Numbered from the stretch's first letter, positions 15,520 to 25,139 are shown. The stretch is DNA of 32,000 nt from Pseudogulbenkiania sp. MAI-1 (GCF_000527175.1 NZ_AZUR01000001.1:2170921-2202920), one strand, 5' to 3'. Numbers and translations are program-made. Notes: a model not told the origin generated them from the sequence alone.

Positions 15520-15571
15520 TGTCAAGCGACACGAGGATTTGACCCCCTGGCGACATCTGGAATTGACCCCC
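15520..15571. repeat. IS21 left terminal inverted repeat with internal repeated transposase-binding-like motifs
   Basis: The sequence is TGTCAAGCGACACGAGGATTTGACCCCCTGGCGACATCTGGAATTGACCCCC. The unit GCGACA-N8/9-TGACCCCC occurs twice. Its inverted counterpart is at 17664-17715. Confidence 0.8.
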
Positions 15572-15579
15572 AGGGTTAA

Positions 15580-16368
15580 TCAACTAGTTGATGTAATCGG
15601 TTCGGCCGCCGCCTTCTGCAGCAGGCCGCTCCGTCGCTTGTCGCGTAGCCGGTAACTATCTCCCCGGATCGTGACCACCTGGCTGTGATGCAGCAGCCGA
15701 TCCAGGATGGCCGTTGCCACCACTGCGTCACCAAACACTTGGCCCCATTCCCCCACCGGGCGGTTGCTGGTGATCAGTAGGCTTGCCCGCTCATAGCGCC
15801 GCGAGACCAGCTGGAAGAACAGGTGCGCTGCCGCCGGCTCCAGCGGCAGGTAGCCCAATTCATCGACGATCAGCAGCTTGGGTTTCGATAGCTGCAACAG
15901 CTTCTCCTCCAAGCGCCCATCGGCATGCGCCTTCGTCAGTCCAGCCATCAGAGACGCAGCAGAACTGAACAGCACCGTGTAACCCCGTTCTACCGCCTCA
16001 CGCCCGAGTGCTACCGCCAAATGCGTCTTGCCGACTCCGGGCGGTCCCAGCAGCAACAACGCTTGACCGTGGCCAATCCAGCGCCCGGTGGCCAAATCCC
16101 GGACCTGGCCGGGATCAATCGACGGCTGCGCATCGAAGTCGAAGCCCTCCAGCGTGCGTACACAGGGGAATCGAGCCAGCTTCATCCCCATCTGGATGCG
16201 TCGCGTATCGCGCCGGGCCACCTCTCGCTCGGCCAGGAGCAGCAGCGCTTCGCGCAGTGTCATTTGGGCACGGCTCGCTTCGTCCAGCAGGCTATCCAGC
16301 TGATCCCGGATCGCCGTCAAGTGCAGCCGGGTCAACAGTTCTTCCAGTCGGTCGGGTTCGATCATCAC
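15580..16368 (-). CDS. istB: IS21 helper ATPase IstB
   Basis: 262 aa with LLLLGPPGVGKTHLAVALG (Walker A), LLIVDELGY (Walker B) and the typical IstB N-terminus LTRLHLTAIRDQLDSLL. There is an ATGA overlap with the istA stop. Confidence 0.92.
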   Translation of the reverse strand: MMIEPDRLEELLTRLHLTAIRDQLDSLLDEASRAQMTLREALLLLAEREVARRDTRRIQMGMKLARFPCVRTLEGFDFDAQPSIDPGQVRDLATGRWIGHGQALLLLGPPGVGKTHLAVALGREAVERGYTVLFSSAASLMAGLTKAHADGRLEEKLLQLSKPKLLIVDELGYLPLEPAAAHLFFQLVSRRYERASLLITSNRPVGEWGQVFGDAVVATAILDRLLHHSQVVTIRGDSYRLRDKRRSGLLQKAAAEPITSTS

Positions 16369-17582
16369 CAGCCCCCTCCGACCAATTCCTCATACTCTGC
16401 CAGCGGGCGCAGCAAAGCGCCGCCGTGTGGCGGGACCGGCTCGGATAGCGGCGGCACGACCCCAAGCAGATGGGCGCGGTCAATTTGCCGTCCGCGACTG
16501 CCGGCCAACTCGGCGTGATGCGCTACTTCCTGGCCGGCGTAATGGACCGTCACCGTGCCTGCTCGTACAACGACCGTGACCATCTCGCCGATCAGCCGCC
16601 AGGGCACGCTGTAGGCATTAGTATCGAGCTCGACACAGCCTTCGGCATTGACGCGACGGATCAGCTCCCGCACTTGCAGGAACGGCACTATGCCGGCAAC
16701 AGGACGCAGATGCGGACGTTCGCCGTCGAACCGCTCCTTGGGCGCCATGCCGGTCGTCCCGTGGATGCGGGTATCGGCCACCTCCCGCTGCCAGCGGGTC
16801 AAGTGAGCCTCCAATGCGGCCCAGCTCTCGAATGTGTAACCGGCGATAGCATTCTTCTTCACATAGCCAACGCCGTTCTCGGTCTTGCCCTTGGTGCGCG
16901 CACGGAACGGCGCGCAGGCCTTCACGCGCACATCCCAATGCCGGCAGAACGCCTCGAAGCGGCTATTGAAGCGGACCTGCCGGGTCTGCATGTCGTGCTC
17001 GACCACGAGGGCCTTGGCGTTATCGATCAGCAGAGTCTGCACCCGTCCACCGAAGTGCTCGAACGCCGCTTCGATACCGCCAAACCAAGCACTCTGCCGT
17101 TCGTGACGGAATGGGCAAACAAAGCCACGGCGCGAGTAGCCAAGCGTCGCCACGAACAGGTACACACGCACCAGTTCGCCACCGATCTGGATGCGCACTT
17201 GGCCGAAGTCGATCTGCATCTGCTCGCCAGGAGCAGTCTCGAACCGGATCGTCGCTCGCCGGCTGGCTTCAAGCTCCTGCCGATATGGCCGGCAGGCGCG
17301 TTCAACGGTGCGCAGGCTGGTGGCAATACCGTGTTCCTTAGCCAGCAGCTGACGCACCACGTCGCAGTTGCCCTTGTGCGTTAGAAACTGCTCACGTAGC
17401 CAGGCCTCGTGCCCGGTGAGCACGCCGCTGCGTTGCGGCTGCTGGTATGGCACCGGGCCGCCGGCACGCAAATAGTGCCGCACGGTATTTCGGGCGATTC
17501 CCAGCGTCTTGGCAATCCGCTTCGCCCCCCAGCCGGATTGCCCCAGTCGAACGATTGCCGTTACTGCTTCCGGCTCCAACAT
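16365..17582 (-). CDS. istA: IS21 transposase IstA
   Basis: It has an N-terminal HTH (SGWGAKRIAKTLGIARNTVRHYLR) and a DDE/integrase core (QMQIDFG...LFVATLGYSR...LLIDNAKALV...RTKGKTENGV). ATG 17582 is the preferred start; the track start at 17663 is an alternative. Confidence 0.9.
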   Translation of the reverse strand: MLEPEAVTAIVRLGQSGWGAKRIAKTLGIARNTVRHYLRAGGPVPYQQPQRSGVLTGHEAWLREQFLTHKGNCDVVRQLLAKEHGIATSLRTVERACRPYRQELEASRRATIRFETAPGEQMQIDFGQVRIQIGGELVRVYLFVATLGYSRRGFVCPFRHERQSAWFGGIEAAFEHFGGRVQTLLIDNAKALVVEHDMQTRQVRFNSRFEAFCRHWDVRVKACAPFRARTKGKTENGVGYVKKNAIAGYTFESWAALEAHLTRWQREVADTRIHGTTGMAPKERFDGERPHLRPVAGIVPFLQVRELIRRVNAEGCVELDTNAYSVPWRLIGEMVTVVVRAGTVTVHYAGQEVAHHAELAGSRGRQIDRAHLLGVVPPLSEPVPPHGGALLRPLAEYEELVGGGW

Positions 17583-17663
17583 CTCCCGTACTCCACAAAC
17601 CTCACGGGGTACAGGATGACTCGCTGAATACTGCGTTTCCAACGACTGCCTCCTTGCAAACAA

Positions 17664-17715
17664 GGGGGTCAGTTCTTCGTGTCGCTAGGGGGTCAATTTA
17701 CGATGTCGCCTGACA
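17664..17715. repeat. IS21 right terminal inverted repeat
   Basis: The reverse complement reads TGTCAGGCGACATCGTAAATTGACCCCCTAGCGACACGAAGAACTGACCCCC, matching the left end in overall pattern and termini. Confidence 0.8.
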
Positions 17716-17762
17716 CCCGGCCCGTGTTCGCGTTCCTGCGGCTCTGGCGGCGCGCACCATAG
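17716..17762 (+). pseudogene. 3' remnant of the IS-disrupted phage gene paralogue, ending in a premature stop
   Basis: After the duplicated CCCGG the frame continues PVFAFLRLWRRAP-stop (TAG 17760-17762), against PVFAFLRLWRRRTLGPQYGAW... in the intact copy. Nucleotide similarity fades by about 17785. Confidence 0.7.
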
Positions 17763-17806
17763 GACCGCAGTTCGGCATCCACTCAAGGGCAATGGGAATA
17801 TCTCCA

Positions 17807-18370
17807 TCAGCCACCAAAGGCTCTACACCCTTCCTTGGCGAGAGCTTCTTGAGCATCTCGCAATCGCTGCAAATCATCCTGATAGGCTTTGTTGTTGTCG
17901 AGCCGGCGCTTCACACCATCACGGATCTGGCGAAGCTGCTGGCAGTCCGGCGCTGACTTGCTGGCCGTCATCCGACGATGTCGCGAAGGTGTCTGCCGCT
18001 TCAATTGCCGCTCCCGTTCCGCCGCCGCTTGAATACTGTCAAATTGCTGGCGGGCTTCAGCTATTGTCGAGTCGGCAAAAAAGGCCGCCGCCCGAGAGCC
18101 GGGCGGGCAACTGCCATCGAATACAAAGTGAAAACGCTGAAGGCGCGAGATATGACAAACCGTGACCATCCCCCGCTCAGGATTGTCTACCCCGCCGACA
18201 TACCCTCCCCGCTCAGGCCGTTGCACTGCCAGTGAGCCTGCCGGGCAGCTGCCGGTGGTATACGTTACCGCACCGGTTTGGCCGTGCCGGCACCGCAGAA
18301 CGGCGGTTTCTCCCGCACCGAGCGCCGATTCCATGCAGAGGCACAGGATCACCAGCCATATGATTTTCAT
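17807..18370 (-). CDS. Secreted hypothetical protein (187 aa) with Cys-containing N-terminal part and charged coiled-coil-like C-terminal part
   Basis: The signal peptide is MKIIWLVILCLCMESALGA. The C-terminus is rich in R/Q/E/D (AAAERERQLKRQ...DDLQRLRDAQEALAKEG). No family was recognised. Confidence 0.5.
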   Translation of the reverse strand: MKIIWLVILCLCMESALGAGETAVLRCRHGQTGAVTYTTGSCPAGSLAVQRPERGGYVGGVDNPERGMVTVCHISRLQRFHFVFDGSCPPGSRAAAFFADSTIAEARQQFDSIQAAAERERQLKRQTPSRHRRMTASKSAPDCQQLRQIRDGVKRRLDNNKAYQDDLQRLRDAQEALAKEGCRAFGG

Positions 18371-18460
18371 GCAAACTCCCTGAGCAAACAGTCTGCGGCA
18401 CAGATTACACCATTGTCATTTTTCTGTCATACCGGCACGCCCTGCCCTGCGCATGCCCCT

Positions 18461-18490
18461 AAAACAAAAAAGCACCCCGTAGGGTGCTTT
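18461..18490 (-). terminator. Rho-independent terminator downstream of typA
   Basis: The stem is AGCACCC (18471-18477) / GGGTGCT (18482-18488) with loop CGTA. On the minus strand it is followed by TTTTTGTTTT. Confidence 0.75.
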
Positions 18491-18519
18491 GATTAAGCTT
18501 ACGTGGATTTTTCCTCCAC

Positions 18520-20328
18520 TCAGGCCTTGGACATGCGACGGCGCTCATGCTCTTGCAGGTAACGCTTGCGCAGACGGATGGTCTGCGGGGTGATCTCGAC
18601 GATTTCGTCGTCGTCGATGAATTCCACCGCAGATTCCAGCGTCAGCTTGATCGGAGTGGTCAGACGAACGGCTTCGTCGGTACCGGACGCACGCACGTTG
18701 GTCAGCTTCTTGCCCTTGAGCGGGTTGACCACCAGATCGTTGTCGCGGCTGTGAATGCCGATGATCATGCCTTCGTACAGTTTGTCACCCGGGCTCACGA
18801 ACATGCGGCCGCGATCTTCCAGGTTCCACAGGGCGTAGGCTACGGCTTCGCCGTTGTCCTGCGAGATCAGCACGCCATTGTGACGGCCCGGCATGTCCGG
18901 TTTGACCGGAGCGTAGTCGTCGAACACGTGCGACATCAGGCCGGTGCCGCGAGTCATCGTCAGGAAGTCGCCCTGAAAGCCGATCAGGCCACGCGCCGGG
19001 ATGTGGTATTCCAGGCGGGTACGACCCATGCCGTCCGATTCCATATTGGTCAGTTCGCCACGGCGGCGGCCCAGTTCTTCCATCACGGCGCCCTGGTGGC
19101 TGTCTTCCAGGTCGATGGTCAGGTTCTCGTACGGCTCGCACTTCTCGCCGTTGATCTCCTTGAACACCACGCGCGGCTTGCCCACAGCCAGCTCGAAGCC
19201 TTCGCGACGCATGTTTTCCAGCAGGATGGTCAGGTGCAGTTCACCACGACCAGAGACGCGGAACACATCGGCGTCTTCGGTGTCTTCGACGCGCAGCGCC
19301 ACGTTGGTCAGCAGTTCCTTGGTCAGGCGGTCGCGGATCTGGCGCGAGGTCACGAACTTGCCCTCGGTGCCGGCGAGCGGCGAGGTGTTGACCATGAAGT
19401 CCATGGTCAGGGTCGGTTCGTCGACCGACAATACCGGCAGGCCAATCGGGGTATCGCGATCACAGATGGTCACGCCGATACCGATGTCTTCGAGACCGGA
19501 GATGATCACGATGTCGCCAGCTTCGGCTTCCTGTACTTCGACACGCTCCAGGCCCTTGAAGCCCAGCACCTGGTTGATACGGCCTTGCGCCACTTGTTCT
19601 TCGTGGTTCATCACCACCACGACCTGGCCCGGCTTGATGCGGCCGTTCAGGATACGGCCCAAACCCAGGCGGCCGGTGTAGGTGGAATAGTCCAGCGCCG
19701 AGATCTGCAGCTGCAGCGGAGCATCCGCATCGCCGGCCGGGATCGGCACGTGCTTGAGGATGGTATCGAACAGCGGGCGCATGTTGTCGGACTCGTCTTC
19801 CAGCTCGTACTTGGCGAAACCGGACAGGCCCGAGGCGTAGATGATCGGGAAATCGAGCTGCTCGTCGGTGGCGCCCAGCTTGTCGAACAGGTCGAAGGTC
19901 TGGTCCACCACCCAGTCCGGACGGGAGCCCGGGCGGTCGATCTTGTTGATCACCACGATCGGACGCAGCCCCAAAGCCAGCGCCTTCTTGGTCACGAAGC
20001 GGGTCTGCGGCATCGGGCCTTCGACGGCGTCGACCAGCAGCACCACACCGTCCACCATGCCCAGTACGCGTTCTACTTCGCCACCGAAGTCGGCGTGCCC
20101 CGGGGTGTCGACGATGTTGATGTGGACACCTTCGTAGTTGATCGCGGTGTTCTTGGCCAGAATGGTAATGCCGCGTTCTTTTTCGAGGTCGTTGCTATCC
20201 ATCACGCGCTCAGCCACCTGCTGGTTTTCGCGGAAGGTACCGGCCTGACGCAGGAGTTGGTCGACCAGGGTGGTTTTGCCGTGGTCAACGTGGGCAATAA
20301 TGGCGATGTTGCGAATCTGTCGGGTCAT
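18520..20328 (-). CDS. typA: Translational GTPase TypA/BipA
   Basis: [26 protein letters not shown]...[14 protein letters not shown]...NKIDR... with BipA-specific C-terminal domains. ATG 20328 is preferred over the track start at 20355. Confidence 0.95.
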   Translation of the reverse strand: MTRQIRNIAIIAHVDHGKTTLVDQLLRQAGTFRENQQVAERVMDSNDLEKERGITILAKNTAINYEGVHINIVDTPGHADFGGEVERVLGMVDGVVLLVDAVEGPMPQTRFVTKKALALGLRPIVVINKIDRPGSRPDWVVDQTFDLFDKLGATDEQLDFPIIYASGLSGFAKYELEDESDNMRPLFDTILKHVPIPAGDADAPLQLQISALDYSTYTGRLGLGRILNGRIKPGQVVVVMNHEEQVAQGRINQVLGFKGLERVEVQEAEAGDIVIISGLEDIGIGVTICDRDTPIGLPVLSVDEPTLTMDFMVNTSPLAGTEGKFVTSRQIRDRLTKELLTNVALRVEDTEDADVFRVSGRGELHLTILLENMRREGFELAVGKPRVVFKEINGEKCEPYENLTIDLEDSHQGAVMEELGRRRGELTNMESDGMGRTRLEYHIPARGLIGFQGDFLTMTRGTGLMSHVFDDYAPVKPDMPGRHNGVLISQDNGEAVAYALWNLEDRGRMFVSPGDKLYEGMIIGIHSRDNDLVVNPLKGKKLTNVRASGTDEAVRLTTPIKLTLESAVEFIDDDEIVEITPQTIRLRKRYLQEHERRRMSKA

Positions 20329-20455
20329 GTCTTTGGACGAGAACGGAAAAATCACAAGATTCTAGCACGACATCCCCACTCTCTCACAGGGCCAAACACG
20401 ACTTTCGGAGCGGTTTTGGCTACACTCCAGAGCAAAACGAACAAGGAGCAGGAAA

Positions 20456-21343
20456 ATGTACGATTGGGACGCTTTGTGGCACGAGCATGCGGGCTATCGC
20501 ACTGGCTATACCGGCGAGAAGAACGACCTCAACGAGCTGGCCGAAGAACTGTCGGGCTCGCTGCTGCATCCGGCCAAGGACGAGTCCGGCGTGGCGGTTT
20601 ACGACAGCGGCGACAACTATGTGCTGGTCGGCCATGGTGACGGGCTGCAGATCCTGGAGGTGCCCAAGCACGCCCTGTTCGACATCACACTACGCTTCGT
20701 CGGCGAAGACGAAGGAACGGACACACCCCTGCCCTACGTGGAAATCCTGGTCGACAACCTGGCCACCGGCGACGAGGCGGCATGGCGTGGCGTGGTGACG
20801 CAAGGCGACGATGGCGCGCCACTGGTGGCGGGCTGCCCGTTACGCAGTGCCACCCTGCCCGAGATGCCGTTTACCGAGTTGTCGTTCAGCCAGGGCGAGC
20901 GTTTCCGCGTGGCGCTGGGCCAGCTGTGGCAAGAAGACATCCCGCAGCTCAAGCCGCTGATGGAAGCCTGGTTCAAGGGCGAGAAGGCGCTGGTGATGGA
21001 GTCGGCCAGCCATCCCTTGCCGGACGACCCCCGCACCCGGGAAATGCTCGAACGCTACGCCGAGATCGTCCACCGTGAGCAGGCGGTACTGTCGCGCCTG
21101 TTCAGCGACAACGAGCTGCATCTTGTTGCCGAAGTGCTGCGCGACATCCACTTCGAAACGGCCGCCTCCTGCCGCGGCGTGTGGCTGGCGGTAGAGGCAC
21201 GCCTGATCCACGACGAACTCGATCGCAAGCTGGAGGTCGATGCGCAGTCCCTGCTCGAGCGAATGAAGGCCCTCAGCTTTGCCCAGGAAGTGGCTCTGAT
21301 CGAGGCGTTGTCGCCGCTGCGCGAGCAGCAGGACCAAGGCTGA
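20456..21343 (+). CDS. Acidic hypothetical protein (295 aa)
   Basis: Long ORF with gene-like GC3-rich codon usage, preceded by AAGGAGCAGGAAA. No family was recognised from the sequence. Confidence 0.6.
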   Translation: MYDWDALWHEHAGYRTGYTGEKNDLNELAEELSGSLLHPAKDESGVAVYDSGDNYVLVGHGDGLQILEVPKHALFDITLRFVGEDEGTDTPLPYVEILVDNLATGDEAAWRGVVTQGDDGAPLVAGCPLRSATLPEMPFTELSFSQGERFRVALGQLWQEDIPQLKPLMEAWFKGEKALVMESASHPLPDDPRTREMLERYAEIVHREQAVLSRLFSDNELHLVAEVLRDIHFETAASCRGVWLAVEARLIHDELDRKLEVDAQSLLERMKALSFAQEVALIEALSPLREQQDQG

Positions 21344-21351
21344 GCGGCACG

Positions 21352-21377
21352 AAAAAAGGGCGGCTCTCAAGCCGCCC
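21352..21377. terminator. Stem-loop between convergent genes, likely terminator (T-run on minus strand)
   Basis: The stem is GGGCGGCT-CTCA-AGCCGCCC (21358-21377), preceded on the plus strand by AAAAAA (a T-run on the minus strand). It lies between the convergent 20456-21343 (+) and 21446-22441 (-) genes. Confidence 0.55.
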
Positions 21378-21445
21378 GCAATCCCATCCGTACGAAGAAA
21401 AAGTGTTCGTGGCAAGCCCGACACGCCGCGCAGTCTAGCGTCCGA

Positions 21446-22441
21446 TCATGACGCCGCCGTGACAGGGAACAGCGTCAGCACGATCTTGCCAAGGTTGCAG
21501 TTGTTTTCCATCGCCTCGTGCGCCTCGGCCACCGCGGCGAGCGGATAAGTGGAGTCCAGCGTCAGCCGGGCCGCGCCTTGATGCAAGGCGGGAAGGATTT
21601 CGGTTTCCAGCGCCCGCGCCAGGCGGGCCTTGACGGCCTTGGGCTGACTGCGCAGGGTCGAGCCGATCAGGGATTGCCGCTTGACCAGCAAGCGCCCCAG
21701 GTTGATCTCGCTCCGTCCTCCGCCCATGATGCCGATCAACACCAGCCGGCCGTCCAGGTTGAGGCAGCTCAGGTTCTGTTCCAGGTAGGCGCCGCCGACC
21801 GGGTCGAGGATCACGTCCGCCCCACCCCAAGCCTTCACCTTGCCGCCAAAATCCGTCTCCTGGCGGGCATTGAACGCCTCGTCGGCGCCGAGGTTGTAGC
21901 AGTATTCCAACTTTTCCTCGCTGCTCGCCGTGGCCCAGACCCGCGCACCCAACAACCGTCCGAGCTGGATGGCCGCGGCGCCCACCCCGCTGGCGCCGGC
22001 ATGCACCAGCAACGACTGCCCTTCGGCCAAGCGGCCGACCTCGACCAGGTTGAGCCAAGCCGTCATCCACGCTTCAGGCAGGCTGGCCGCCTCGACCCAG
22101 GACAGGCCGTCCGGCTTGGGAATGGCCAGTTCGCTATCCAGCACCACGTATTCGGCATAACCACCGCCCTCGACCAGGCCGAACACCGCGTCGCCCGGCT
22201 GGAAGCGCGACGGGCCACGCACCGCCTCGACCACACCGGCCACCTCCAGCCCCAGGATGGCGGAGGCCCCGGCCGGCGGCGGGTATTGCCCTTCACGTTG
22301 CACGATATCGGCCCGGTTGACCCCGGCCGCCAATACTCTGACCAGGAGCTGCCCGTCACCGATAACCGGCTTTTCGACGATACCCAACTCCAGGGTTTCC
22401 CGGCCTCCCGGCCGGCTTTGAATCACCGCTTGCATAGACAT
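21446..22441 (-). CDS. NAD(P)H:quinone oxidoreductase, zinc-independent MDR superfamily (PIG3/Qor-like)
   Basis: MSMQAVIQSRPGGRETLELGIVEKPVIGDGQLLVRVLAAGVNRADIVQREGQYPPP...LLVHAGASGVGAAAIQL...GKIVL is a typical Qor/PIG3 pattern. Confidence 0.85.
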   Translation of the reverse strand: MSMQAVIQSRPGGRETLELGIVEKPVIGDGQLLVRVLAAGVNRADIVQREGQYPPPAGASAILGLEVAGVVEAVRGPSRFQPGDAVFGLVEGGGYAEYVVLDSELAIPKPDGLSWVEAASLPEAWMTAWLNLVEVGRLAEGQSLLVHAGASGVGAAAIQLGRLLGARVWATASSEEKLEYCYNLGADEAFNARQETDFGGKVKAWGGADVILDPVGGAYLEQNLSCLNLDGRLVLIGIMGGGRSEINLGRLLVKRQSLIGSTLRSQPKAVKARLARALETEILPALHQGAARLTLDSTYPLAAVAEAHEAMENNCNLGKIVLTLFPVTAAS

Positions 22442-22511
22442 GATCGTTCACCTCGTCGGTCTTTGCGCTCGCTCAAGCGCAGCAACCCTCATTTGTTTAC
22501 AATAGCACGCC

Positions 22512-24938
22512 ATGAGTGACGACTGTTTCCACTGCGGCCTTCCGGTTCCGGAGGGCGTCTCGTTCCCGGTACGCTATCGGGAAAGAACCGAATCCACCTG
22601 CTGCGCCGGCTGTCAGGCCGTGGCGCAGACCATCATCGATTCCGGACTCGACGACTATTACACCCACCGCACGCAGGGCGCCACGCAGGCCGAGGCGCTG
22701 CCGCTCGAACTCTTGGAGCGCATCCGCCTGTACGATTCGGATGAACTACAGCGAAGCTTCGTCCACCTCGAATCCGACAACGTGCGCGAGGCCGCGCTGA
22801 TTCTGGAAGGCATCACCTGTGCCGCCTGCGTCTGGCTCAACGAACAGCACCTGATGCGCCTACCCGGCGTGATCTCGGTCGACATCAACTACAGCAGCCA
22901 CCGCGCCCGGGTGCGCTGGGACAACTCGCGCCTGCAGTTGTCGCAGATCCTCGAGGCCATCGCCGCCATCGGCTACCGCGCCCACCCCTACGATGCGGCG
23001 CGCCAGGAGGCGCTGAACCAGAAGGAGCGCAAACAGGCGCTCACCCGGCTGTGGGTGGCCGGGCTGTCGATGATGCAGGTGATGATGTACGCCGTGCCGG
23101 TGTACATGGCGCCGGACGGCGAGATCGACCCGGATTTCTTGTGGATGCTGCACTGGGCCAGCCTGCTGCTGACGCTGCCGGTCATCGTCTATTCGGCGCT
23201 GCCGTTCTACCGCGCCACCTGGCGCGACCTCAGCACGCGCCGCGTCGGCATGGACACGCCGGTCACCATCGGCATCCTGGCCGCCTTCATCGCCAGCACC
23301 TGGGCGCTCATCAACAAGGTGGAACACGGCATCTATTTTGACTCGGTGTCGATGTTCGTGTTCCTGCTGTTGGGCGGTCGCTATCTCGAAGGTATCGCCC
23401 GCCGCAAGGCCGGCGAAGCGGCGGAAAGCCTGGTCAAGCTGATCCCGGCCTTCGCCCACCGCTTCAGCGGCTGGCCAGCCGAGCGCACCACACACGAGAC
23501 GCCGGTAAGCCAGCTGGCGGCGGGCGACGTGCTGCTGGTCAAGCCGGGCGAAACCATTCCGGCCGACGGCGTGGTACTGGATGGCGAGAGTGCCACCAAC
23601 GAATCGCTGCTGACCGGCGAAAGCCGGCCGGTGACTAAGACGGTGGATTCGGCCGTGATCGCCGGCAGCGTCAACCTGGCAAGCCCGCTGACGGTGCGCA
23701 TCAGCCAGACCGGGCAAGGCACCCGCCTGGCCGGCATCGTGCGCCTGCTCGATCAGGCGCTGGCGGAAAAACCGCGGCTGGCGCAACTGGCCGACCGTTT
23801 CGCCAGCGGCTTCGTCGCCGCGCTGTTGCTGGCAGCCCTGGCCACCTATCTCGGCTGGTACTTCGTCGACCCGGAACGGGCGCTGTGGATCACCGTGGCC
23901 GTATTGGTGATCTCCTGCCCGTGCGCCCTGTCGCTGGCCACGCCGGCGGCGCTGACCGCCGCCAGCGGCCACCTGGCCGGGCTGGGCGTGCTGACCACGC
24001 GCGGCCATGCACTGGAAACGCTGGCCAAGGTCAGCGACGTGGTGTTCGACAAGACCGGCACGCTGACCCATGGCGAGATGCGGCTGGTGGACACCTGGCG
24101 CTACGACGAGCAGGGAGACGTGCTCGCTCTGGCCGCCGCGCTGGAAGCCGGCTCGGAGCACCCGATTGCCCGTGCGCTGCTGGCGGCCGCTCCGGCAGAT
24201 CTCCCTCCAGCCCAATCGGTGCGCAACGTTCCGGGACAAGGCATCGAAGGGATCATTGACGGCACGGCCTGGCGACTGGGCAGCAGCGACTTCGTCGCCG
24301 AACTGGCCGGACCTTCTCCGTCTGCAGCCGGCGACTGGCAGCGCGGCCACACCCGGATCGCGTTGGGTTCGCAGCACGGCTGGGCGGCACTATTCGCCAT
24401 CGGCGACACGCGACGCGAGGACAGCGCCGCCACGGTGGCGGAACTCACCCGGCAGGGGCTGGCCGTCCACCTGCTGAGCGGCGACGAGCACGAGGCCGTG
24501 CAGCGGCTGGCCGAAGACACCGGTATCGCGCACGTCCGCGCGCGCGCCACGCCGGAGGACAAGCTGGCCTATGTCGGTGCGCTGCAACAGCAGGGAGGGC
24601 GCGTACTGATGGTGGGCGACGGCATCAACGACGCGCCGGTACTGGCGCGCGCCGACGTGTCGATGGCCATGGGTAGCGGCACCGACGTGGCCCGCGCCAG
24701 CGGCGACATGGTGCTGATCAACGACAGCCTGACGCTGGTCCCCGCCGCCATGGCCTTGTCGAGAAAGACGCTCGCCATCATCCGGCAAAACCTGATCTGG
24801 GCGGTGCTGTACAATATCGTTGCGCTACCGCTGGCGATGGCCGGTTATGTCACGCCCTGGCTGGCCAGCTTGGGGATGGCCAGCAGTTCGCTCTTGGTGG
24901 TGTGCAACGCCCTGCGTCTCGTGAAACGGAAGAACTGA
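22512..24938 (+). CDS. ccoI: Copper-translocating P1B-type ATPase of the CcoI/FixI type (cbb3 oxidase maturation)
   Basis: It has an N-terminal Cys-rich domain (CFHCGLPV...CCAGCQAV) and an HMA-like domain (GITCAACVW). P-type motifs are TGES, SCPCAL, DKTGTLT and GDGINDAP. ccoS follows immediately. Confidence 0.9.
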   Translation: MSDDCFHCGLPVPEGVSFPVRYRERTESTCCAGCQAVAQTIIDSGLDDYYTHRTQGATQAEALPLELLERIRLYDSDELQRSFVHLESDNVREAALILEGITCAACVWLNEQHLMRLPGVISVDINYSSHRARVRWDNSRLQLSQILEAIAAIGYRAHPYDAARQEALNQKERKQALTRLWVAGLSMMQVMMYAVPVYMAPDGEIDPDFLWMLHWASLLLTLPVIVYSALPFYRATWRDLSTRRVGMDTPVTIGILAAFIASTWALINKVEHGIYFDSVSMFVFLLLGGRYLEGIARRKAGEAAESLVKLIPAFAHRFSGWPAERTTHETPVSQLAAGDVLLVKPGETIPADGVVLDGESATNESLLTGESRPVTKTVDSAVIAGSVNLASPLTVRISQTGQGTRLAGIVRLLDQALAEKPRLAQLADRFASGFVAALLLAALATYLGWYFVDPERALWITVAVLVISCPCALSLATPAALTAASGHLAGLGVLTTRGHALETLAKVSDVVFDKTGTLTHGEMRLVDTWRYDEQGDVLALAAALEAGSEHPIARALLAAAPADLPPAQSVRNVPGQGIEGIIDGTAWRLGSSDFVAELAGPSPSAAGDWQRGHTRIALGSQHGWAALFAIGDTRREDSAATVAELTRQGLAVHLLSGDEHEAVQRLAEDTGIAHVRARATPEDKLAYVGALQQQGGRVLMVGDGINDAPVLARADVSMAMGSGTDVARASGDMVLINDSLTLVPAAMALSRKTLAIIRQNLIWAVLYNIVALPLAMAGYVTPWLASLGMASSSLLVVCNALRLVKRKN

Positions 24939-25114
24939 TGGAAAGCTTGTATCTGCTGATCCCGCTGAGCCTGGTGCTGGCCTTCGTGATCGGCTTCGTG
25001 TTCTGGATCGCTACTCGCGGCGGCCAGTTCGACGATCTGGAAGGGCCGGCCCACCGTATCCTGATGGATGACGACAAGCCGAAAGCAGGTCCCCACGGCC
25101 CACAGAACGAGTAA
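24938..25114 (+). CDS. ccoS: cbb3-type cytochrome oxidase assembly protein CcoS/FixS
   Basis: ATGA overlap with the ccoI stop. The 58-aa product is MESLYLLIPLSLVLAFVIGFVFWIATRGGQFDDLEGPAHRIL.... Confidence 0.85.
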   Translation: MESLYLLIPLSLVLAFVIGFVFWIATRGGQFDDLEGPAHRILMDDDKPKAGPHGPQNE

Positions 25115-25139
25115 GCTTCCCTCCCCCCGCCCTGGCCGT

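Larger units (their letters stand above)
15520..17715 (-). mobile_element. Complete IS21-family insertion sequence (2196 bp) with 5-bp target-site duplication CCCGG
   Basis: The ends are TGTCA...TGACA. It carries overlapping istA-istB. CCCGG occurs at 15515-15519 and again at 17716-17720. Removing the IS and one CCCGG restores the sequence seen in the uninterrupted copy (gttccccggcccgtgttcgcg). Confidence 0.92.

Noticed and set aside
16470-17384. 304-aa plus-strand ORF inside the IS
   Set aside because: It is antisense to istA. IS21 elements encode only istA and istB.
18547-20640. 697-aa ORF on the plus strand
   Set aside because: It is entirely antisense to the unmistakable typA/bipA gene. 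Its Arg/Gly/Val/His-rich low-complexity composition is typical of shadow ORFs in high-GC DNA.
21518-22519. 333-aa plus-strand ORF
   Set aside because: It is antisense to the quinone oxidoreductase gene and has no motifs.
22860-24377. 505-aa ORF on the minus strand
   Set aside because: It is antisense to ccoI, which has clear P-type ATPase motifs. The composition is Arg/Gly/Gln-rich with no recognisable domains.
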